From the IMG/VR virus record IMGVR_UViG_3300032030_000067, positions 5,955 to 69,954 of that record: 64,000 nt of DNA; one strand, given 5' to 3'. Shown in pieces: positions 57,335-64,000 of the stretch. A program made the position numbers and the translations under genes. The number at the start of each line of letters is the position of its first letter. The stretch's first letter is position 1. This DNA is from a virus. Taxonomy: Duplodnaviria > Caudoviricetes. The notes beneath the pieces are model-generated. The model made no database searches. It saw nothing but the letters and a program-made list of their open reading frames with translations, and was not told the origin of the DNA.

Positions 57335-58675
57335 ATGATTACAAAACCTGTATCAAAAATTTTCAATGTCGAAGGTATTGATAGCACAAGTGGCAATGTA
57401 TTTGATTTGTCAAAATTGGCAAAAAGACATCTCGCTATTCTTGATAAGGATATGAAGGGTGCAAATTTATCTGCTGCAATGGATGCTACCAAACAATATG
57501 ACATTTATTACAAAGATGAAACTGGTTATGTTCACAAACAACCCGGAAGCAAACACTTGATGAAAAGTGATATTTTCAATGTAAATCTTAAAAATATCGC
57601 TGCAGGAGAAGAATTTGTAGCTATTATTAAGGATTACAAATATTGCTGCGATGGTGAATATGGTTTCCGTTTTGTAGTTCATAACGATGAAATGGACAAA
57701 TTGTTCTGGCCTAACGGTTATTATGAAACCTATATGGTTCCTATTGATGAATGCTGCGCTGCTTGCGGTGGTACGAATACAGAAGATGACAATGTTATCA
57801 CTGTAGGTCTTTATAATGCCATTAAAGCAAATGAGGATTCTTGGTTGGAACCTTCAATTGTTGTTACTGAACAAGGTGCAGACAATCCGACATATACAAC
57901 TGGAATGGTTGTTGAATCCTCTGATATTAGTGCAATTGAAACTGAACGTGGCAAAACAGGTCTGTTGATTAAAATCAAAAATGCTGAAGCATGGCCTTAT
58001 GCACAATACAACTTTAAATATACTCATATTCGTTCATCGAAGTTTGAGGTTGGCAAGATTGCAAGTGCAAAATGCAGTGTGAATGTCGTTTCAAATACCG
58101 ATAAAACATTCAGTATCTCTTATACTCCGTTAAAGAAAGAAGAAACTGGAGTAACATTAAGCGCAAGTGATAACAATGCTACTTTTACTGCAACGACGGC
58201 TTCTGATTATGCTGCATCTGGCGTATTATATATCGAAAACAAAAGATATAACTATACGAAATCTTCTTCTACAATTACAGTAACAGGAGGAGCAGCACTT
58301 GCTGGATCACAAGATATTTATATTTATGGTTCTGCTGTAAGTGTTAACAGATTTGAACTTCCGCAGACTTCTGGTTATGACTTGAAACAAGTCGAATATC
58401 AGCTGATGGGTTATCGTGAGAATATGAGTCCTTATCGTTTGTCAGATGTAACTATGACCGAATTTGGTTATAAATATTCATTTGATGATGATACTGATTA
58501 TCATGTTCTTACAGTAAGCTATGAGAAACAATCTGATGCTGCAACTGTTCACATGCCTTATCCTATGTCAATTGTATTTGCATTTTCAAATACTTATGCA
58601 ACACAGAAGGGTAATGTTGCAACGTTCTTTGGTGTTTCTGATGCAACAAAAGACGCAAACATCAACTTAAAATAG
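57335..58675 (+). CDS. Structural protein (auxiliary capsid or fibre-like)
   Basis: 446 aa, with a Thr/Ser/Ala-rich beta-type insert. Confidence 0.55.
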   Translation: MITKPVSKIFNVEGIDSTSGNVFDLSKLAKRHLAILDKDMKGANLSAAMDATKQYDIYYKDETGYVHKQPGSKHLMKSDIFNVNLKNIAAGEEFVAIIKDYKYCCDGEYGFRFVVHNDEMDKLFWPNGYYETYMVPIDECCAACGGTNTEDDNVITVGLYNAIKANEDSWLEPSIVVTEQGADNPTYTTGMVVESSDISAIETERGKTGLLIKIKNAEAWPYAQYNFKYTHIRSSKFEVGKIASAKCSVNVVSNTDKTFSISYTPLKKEETGVTLSASDNNATFTATTASDYAASGVLYIENKRYNYTKSSSTITVTGGAALAGSQDIYIYGSAVSVNRFELPQTSGYDLKQVEYQLMGYRENMSPYRLSDVTMTEFGYKYSFDDDTDYHVLTVSYEKQSDAATVHMPYPMSIVFAFSNTYATQKGNVATFFGVSDATKDANINLK

Positions 58676-58744
58676 TATGAATCAGTATAATGGTAGTGTG
58701 GTCAATCCACGCTACCATTGTGCTTATTCGGAAAGGAGGAGACA

Positions 58745-59263
58745 ATGGCTAACACTTTAACTGTTGCTGACGAGCTTTTCATAAAGAACCTGATGTGTGA
58801 CATCACGAAAGTCCTCTGTGAGTGTGAATGTGATTGCAAGGACAAAGAGTGCAGTATCTTCGAAAGATTGTTTATTGCCAATAAGACAATGTATGACAAA
58901 GTAGATGACGGTAATGAAAGCACACCAACCATTTTTGATTTTAACGCATTTGAGGGCAGTCCTTCATGTCTTGACTGGGAAACATTGCCAGAGCGTATAA
59001 ACAACGGCTATGAGGCTAAAAACAAGTTCTACGACCCTTCAAAGAAAAAGATTCTCTCAAGGTTCTATTATTGGGTTCACAAATATCTTTGGGGACAAAG
59101 TTTGAATCCAGATGGGGAACATTATAATGCGGATTCCTGGAATTTGTCATACAACGATTCAGATACGGAAGAAACTACAAGTACCCTTTCCTTAGGCGAA
59201 TATCTTCTCGGTCAGAATGTTGAATATATTATGACAAACTGCATTGACGAATGCTGTAGATAA
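58745..59263 (+). CDS. Cys-rich hypothetical structural protein
   Basis: CECECDC; ATG start at MANTL. Confidence 0.55.
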   Translation: MANTLTVADELFIKNLMCDITKVLCECECDCKDKECSIFERLFIANKTMYDKVDDGNESTPTIFDFNAFEGSPSCLDWETLPERINNGYEAKNKFYDPSKKKILSRFYYWVHKYLWGQSLNPDGEHYNADSWNLSYNDSDTEETTSTLSLGEYLLGQNVEYIMTNCIDECCR

Positions 59264-59281
59264 TAAAAGGAGGGATGTGAG

Positions 59282-59803
59282 ATGGAGGAACTTCTCTTAT
59301 CAATCACTAGGATATTGAGCGTCAATGCTATAAGGCTAAAGACACTGCTTTCTACATCTCTCGGATGGTTTACATTTCTAACAACTTCACTGATTGCACT
59401 CATGGCTCCCTATCAGAATATCTACATCGCTATACTGGCAATAGTCCTTGTTGACACCATCTGCGCATTGCTTGTTGTTAGAAAGACAAAGCGCAAGATA
59501 ACTTCCGCGAAATTTTCCGATATGTTTATTAAGGTGATAACATATTGCGGATTCATGCTTTTGATACAATACCTAGAAAGAGCCATTGGTGAAGAATGGT
59601 TTATAGGACTTAGACTTGGCTCTGCATTTGTATGTGTCACAGAACTTTGGAGTATTTTCGGAAATATGACCATACTTAAGCCTAATTTTCCTATATTTGC
59701 GGTTATGAAGAAATTCCTCTTGGGAGAGATTGCCAACAAGCTGCATTGCGAGGAAGGAGAGGTTGAGGAAATATTAAACAACAGTAAAACCAAGAAAAAA
59801 TGA
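59282..59803 (+). CDS. Putative holin
   Basis: 3-4 transmembrane helices; ITSAKF...ELWSIFGN motif of the phage holin 4 type. Confidence 0.7.
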   Translation: MEELLLSITRILSVNAIRLKTLLSTSLGWFTFLTTSLIALMAPYQNIYIAILAIVLVDTICALLVVRKTKRKITSAKFSDMFIKVITYCGFMLLIQYLERAIGEEWFIGLRLGSAFVCVTELWSIFGNMTILKPNFPIFAVMKKFLLGEIANKLHCEEGEVEEILNNSKTKKK

Positions 59804-60162
59804 GTTTCAGATTCAGAAGGGGTGACACAGCCTCTGTTACATTGAAGTTCAACAAAGACATATCTGACAAAGACGTTAGAATTGCTATATTTGATGCAAA
59901 GAGGAATAAGATATATCAAGCTGATAATCCACATGATGATACAACAGATGCAAGAAAGGGAAATGTCGTTATCTTTGACATAGGATACGATGTGACAAAA
60001 GATATGATGGGCTTGTATTTTCTTGACATATTGTTAAAGAAGGATGCTGAACACACATATTCCTATGTGAGTTCGGGAAACAAGCCTATAGAAATGTTCT
60101 TTGAAGAATCGCTTATAGCACAAACACTTGGAAATGACACCACTGGAAATAACAATAACTAA
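59800..60162 (+). CDS. Hypothetical tail-associated protein (BppU N-terminal-like)
   Basis: FRRGDT start; beta-rich. Confidence 0.5.
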   Translation: MSFRFRRGDTASVTLKFNKDISDKDVRIAIFDAKRNKIYQADNPHDDTTDARKGNVVIFDIGYDVTKDMMGLYFLDILLKKDAEHTYSYVSSGNKPIEMFFEESLIAQTLGNDTTGNNNN

Positions 60163-60565
60163 TGATTTTAAAGCACAGGTAATCATAGAGCGCAAGCAAG
60201 TTGAGATTGTTGAAGGCATTCTGAACAATGAAAAGATCATTGTGGAGGTACATATAACAATGCCTGAACTTGAATCAGTTCTATGTCTTGACGCAAAGCG
60301 CATGTTCAAGACAGAAGTTATTTTCAGTGGTGGCGTAAACTATGAATACCATTATGGAGAAGGTGATTATCACCGAAAAGAAAACTTTTCAAACAAGAAT
60401 AATATTATTATAAGAAATATTCCTAAAGGAGCCTCAGTGACGATTACAGATGAAAATAACACACAAGTTGTTGGGAAAGTTACATATTTGGAAATTCATG
60501 AAAAAGACTATACAATACAAATAGAATTTAATCAGATAATTTCAGGCACAATATATTTAAACTAA
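60128..60565 (+). CDS. Hypothetical tail-associated protein
   Basis: 145 aa ending ISGTIYLN; real start is probably ATG 60134. Confidence 0.5.
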   Translation: MEMTPLEITITNDFKAQVIIERKQVEIVEGILNNEKIIVEVHITMPELESVLCLDAKRMFKTEVIFSGGVNYEYHYGEGDYHRKENFSNKNNIIIRNIPKGASVTITDENNTQVVGKVTYLEIHEKDYTIQIEFNQIISGTIYLN

Positions 60566-60571
60566 AAAAGA

Positions 60572-62116
60572 ATGTCAGCACCGAATAAAACTATAAAACA
60601 ATATGTGAACACTGATTTCAATCAGAATCAGTTGATTCATCCTGTAATTGACAATGACGCAAATAAGGCTGATAATACTGGTATTGCAGGGCAGATGTAT
60701 TTTGATACAGGGAATGGAAGCCTGTATTTTCATGACGGTAATGGATGGCAACAAATTGGGACTTCGTCAGGAGGTGAAGTCAATGTAATTGAACATGTTG
60801 ATTATTGGAACCTCCCTGCTGATCCCGGTATGTCTAGCGGATCTTGGCAACATATTCCAACATTAAATAAGAATGCCAGTTTATGGTTTGAGAATGGCTC
60901 TGCCACATTAGCCAGTTGGTCAGTGGTAACAAAAGAAGGCAGATCTGCATTGTCAATACAATGGGATTTACGCTATAATTCAACGCATTTTACAACTGCT
61001 AATGATGAACTTACATTGAATGAAGTTCCATGGTCTTTAGTGACCGGCAAACCTACTATCCCGACAGTAACGTGGCGTCCTATAAAGATGAATGGAACAC
61101 AGATACTCGCCAATAATGTTTCAACTGCATTGGATTTGGTTGCTGGTGGAGGTATAACGCTTACCAATAGTAACGGAGCTGTTACTATTGCTTCTACTGT
61201 TGCAAATCCCATGAATTTTAAAGGGACTGTAAATGGTTCGTATCCTTTAAATCCTGTTGTTGGTGACACATATAAAGCCATTGGTGATTCTGATGGTGTT
61301 ACTCCTACATATAAGATTGGAGATACTGTTATTTATTCTTCATCAGGATGGGTTGTTATTCCTTCAGGTGATGAACCAAGCGGAACTGTTACAAGTGTTG
61401 CTATGACAGTACCAACAGGATTGAGTGTCAGCGGTTCTCCCATAACATCTAGTGGAACATTGGCTGTAACATTAGCTAGTGGGTATGAAATACCAACTAC
61501 CGCGCACGTGAAGAATTTTGGCAAGATAACCGCAGGGAGTAATTCATCAAGTACTGGTGCAGGGACTGCAAACACATCATCATGTAGTGCTGATGCCTAT
61601 AATGACACTTTAACTATAAGTCCGGGCAACAAATGGATAACAACTGGCACATCTGATACTTCAAATAATGATACATTATATATCAACCATGCATTGTCTG
61701 GAATTACAGCCGGGGAATATAATCATATTAACGTTGATGCTGCAGGACACATTATATCAGGTTATAACCTTGATGTTCCGGTTATCTGTACTTATATTAA
61801 CAGTGCTGCTATCGCGCCAGTTAATGGAGTGGCAACTATTGAATTTGGACTGCATACTTTTGATGCACAAATGCCTGATTACAATGGAAGTACTTCTTCT
61901 CTTACTCCGTATTATAATAATGCTGTTTTTAATGTGTATGAGAAAAGAGTAGAAAATACTAAAACATATTGGGATAAAATAGAATGTGCTATTGAAGTCT
62001 ATGATACTTCTCCTGATAGTGCTACAGCAAGTTTCTATTTTAATACCACAACAAATATTACTGCGGGTTCAATTAAAATTGTAGTTAATGCACCACTAAC
62101 ACAAAATTATGTATAA
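60572..62116 (+). CDS. Tail fibre or spike protein
   Basis: G/S/T-rich; GQMYFDT, WSLVTGKPTIP, GTVTSVAMTVPTGLSVSGSPITSSGTLAVT and INVDAAGHI fibre motifs. Confidence 0.75.
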   Translation: MSAPNKTIKQYVNTDFNQNQLIHPVIDNDANKADNTGIAGQMYFDTGNGSLYFHDGNGWQQIGTSSGGEVNVIEHVDYWNLPADPGMSSGSWQHIPTLNKNASLWFENGSATLASWSVVTKEGRSALSIQWDLRYNSTHFTTANDELTLNEVPWSLVTGKPTIPTVTWRPIKMNGTQILANNVSTALDLVAGGGITLTNSNGAVTIASTVANPMNFKGTVNGSYPLNPVVGDTYKAIGDSDGVTPTYKIGDTVIYSSSGWVVIPSGDEPSGTVTSVAMTVPTGLSVSGSPITSSGTLAVTLASGYEIPTTAHVKNFGKITAGSNSSSTGAGTANTSSCSADAYNDTLTISPGNKWITTGTSDTSNNDTLYINHALSGITAGEYNHINVDAAGHIISGYNLDVPVICTYINSAAIAPVNGVATIEFGLHTFDAQMPDYNGSTSSLTPYYNNAVFNVYEKRVENTKTYWDKIECAIEVYDTSPDSATASFYFNTTTNITAGSIKIVVNAPLTQNYV

Positions 62117-62190
62117 TCTTTTTTCGTAATTTTGCAGTTGTGATTTGCTTCCAAATTTTATAATTTGTGTCAAACAACTAAAAACAGGCA

Positions 62191-63078
62191 ATGGATACAA
62201 AGAGATATGATTTATCAATCGACAATACGCTGGGGAGTAGCAATGCTTCCCATGTTGTTATTCCATCACAGAAGGCAATAAAGGAGTATGTGGATAACAA
62301 AATAAATGACTCAACTATCTCTATCACACAAGGTGGAATAACAAAAGGCAGTTTCACCTTGAACCAGTCATCGGCACAAACAATAGCACTTGATGCTGGC
62401 GGAGGAAATACAATTATTTATGTTGATACTATATGTTATGATCAACCATGTAGTGATATTTATTATTCTCTTGGACTATGTTTTGATATAAAAAACAATG
62501 TACTAAAAAAACATGAAAATAATAGTTGGGTTGTTGATTCTACAATATCTCATGATGCAATAATTTATTCAATAATTGAAAAAGCAGGATATTTATATAT
62601 ATATAATAATACAGAATTAATACCATTAAATAGAGGTGGAATGATTGTGAGGAATGGAACTGCCTCTTTTTTTAATTGTTATTTGCCATTATCAGACTCA
62701 TTTGTAACATTTGAATTTAACCAGGCTTCATTTTCCATTAATGCAACGACTATGTATTTTACAGGATTATTCACAAATAATACAAATGTATTTTATGAAC
62801 GCAGTATAGGCACATCGCATACAATATGTTTAAAAAACAACAAATCTACTGATATTGATATAACAATAGCAAATATAAATATGGGTAATTCTAGCGGATT
62901 TATAAGTAGTGGATTAGACTCTAATAATTCTTTTACAATTAAAGCAGGATCTAATGCGGAGATAAATGTTATATTTAAGGATAGCAATATTGCGGCTGGA
63001 ACAGGATTTGGCAATTATGGTCTTGCGTCAATTATAGTTAAAACGGATTTTGATAATAATATAGTAACAACATCATAA
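62191..63078 (+). CDS. Putative tail fibre protein
   Basis: PSQKAIKEYVD and KGSFTLNQS fibre motifs; AT-rich variable C-terminus. Confidence 0.6.
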   Translation: MDTKRYDLSIDNTLGSSNASHVVIPSQKAIKEYVDNKINDSTISITQGGITKGSFTLNQSSAQTIALDAGGGNTIIYVDTICYDQPCSDIYYSLGLCFDIKNNVLKKHENNSWVVDSTISHDAIIYSIIEKAGYLYIYNNTELIPLNRGGMIVRNGTASFFNCYLPLSDSFVTFEFNQASFSINATTMYFTGLFTNNTNVFYERSIGTSHTICLKNNKSTDIDITIANINMGNSSGFISSGLDSNNSFTIKAGSNAEINVIFKDSNIAAGTGFGNYGLASIIVKTDFDNNIVTTS

Positions 63079-63081
63079 CAA

Positions 63082-63975
63082 ATGTATATATATTTTGACA
63101 CAGATAAAAGAAAAGTTATCACTTGTTCAAAAGAAATAGTTGAATCTGAAAGATTTATAAAACTTAATCAAGAACAAGAACAGTATTTTAATAATCACAG
63201 AAGAGCATCATACGATGAGATATGGAACGCACGTGAGTATGTTCCGCCAACACCACCAATTCCTCCTGAGCCAACGATAGAAGAATTGCGTGAAAATGCC
63301 AAGAAAGAGATTAACTCTTATTCAAGAGAGACACTCGGCAAGTCAGTTGATGTTCTTGGATTCTGTGATGCGGTTGCAGGAACCATTTATTCAAAGTCAA
63401 GAGGCCTGGACGGAGTTTATAACGATAATGAAATCCTGTCAACAGCAGATGATTTCCTAACAATAGGCAAGTCATGCAGAGAATTGTGTGACAGTACTGT
63501 AGAAAATATAGAGTCTGCTCAGACTAAAGAAGCAATTGAAGGTATTGTTGAGTCAGCAAAATCTCAATTTGACGGGTTATTGGTGGTACAAGATGATTTG
63601 GCTAAGCACAAAAGAGATAAGATAAGGGAAATAGAGGTGTATGATGTGTCTGAGAATGTTAATGGGTTCTTTTTCAATGGTGTGCTTATGTGGCTTGACA
63701 AGGACACAAGAACTGGTTTAGTTAACACGTTGAACTCCGCTGTAATTATAGGTAGAGAACAGATAAACATATGGTTCTCTGGAATGTATATAACTCTAAG
63801 AATTGAAGAGGCAAGACAACTTTTAGCCGTTTTGGAGATATATGCCACGGACTGCTATAATGTTACTGCTCAACATAAAGTAACTGTCAATAATATGACA
63901 AGCATAGAAGATGTTGATGCTTTTGATGTGACAGCCGATTATCCACAAAGACCTAATTTTAATACACAAGCGTAG
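63082..63975 (+). CDS. DUF4376-like tail fibre assembly-associated protein
   Basis: KIREIEVYD.S..VNGF...WLDKDTR.GL...LEIYA.DCYNVTAQHK...YP. Confidence 0.7.
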   Translation: MYIYFDTDKRKVITCSKEIVESERFIKLNQEQEQYFNNHRRASYDEIWNAREYVPPTPPIPPEPTIEELRENAKKEINSYSRETLGKSVDVLGFCDAVAGTIYSKSRGLDGVYNDNEILSTADDFLTIGKSCRELCDSTVENIESAQTKEAIEGIVESAKSQFDGLLVVQDDLAKHKRDKIREIEVYDVSENVNGFFFNGVLMWLDKDTRTGLVNTLNSAVIIGREQINIWFSGMYITLRIEEARQLLAVLEIYATDCYNVTAQHKVTVNNMTSIEDVDAFDVTADYPQRPNFNTQA

Positions 63976-64000
63976 AATATGGATTTAGTTATGACGAAAG

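Noticed and set aside
60572-63975. Diversity-generating retroelement or invertible tail-fibre cassette
   Set aside because: No reverse transcriptase, recombinase or template/variable repeat pair seen in this window
1-64000. Stop-codon reassignment (TAG or TGA), known in some crAss-like phages
   Set aside because: Genes are full length in the standard code, TAG and TGA end several well-placed genes, and no suppressor tRNA was seen

Overview
This window is about 64 kb of a crAss-like (Crassvirales) bacteriophage genome read in the standard genetic code. Bacteroidota-type TAnnTTTG promoters suggest a Bacteroidota host. It has three blocks. (1) 1-19.1 kb, + strand: two giant virion proteins, one a 5'-truncated virion RNA polymerase with a DFDID motif. 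(2) 19.1-46.0 kb, - strand: early and replication genes. These include an exonuclease, thyX, primase, SSB, an AAA ATPase split by a group I intron carrying a LAGLIDADG endonuclease, a DnaB-like helicase, PcfJ/PcfK, many small accessory ORFs, two tRNAs and an origin-like non-coding region. (3) 46.3-64 kb, + strand: terminase, portal, major capsid, adaptor, holin and tail genes. The most unusual observations are: a family of promoter-linked small RNA-like elements with closed terminal stems and U-rich loops antisense to start-codon-like sequences, interleaved with the tRNAs; a solitary type I-C CRISPR repeat joining two truncated phage genes; three GTA-triloop DNA hairpins in the non-coding region; a tRNA-Arg(CCU) with a compensatory A19-U56 elbow pair; and no recognisable DNA polymerase. 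All family assignments come from motif recognition by eye, not from database searches.
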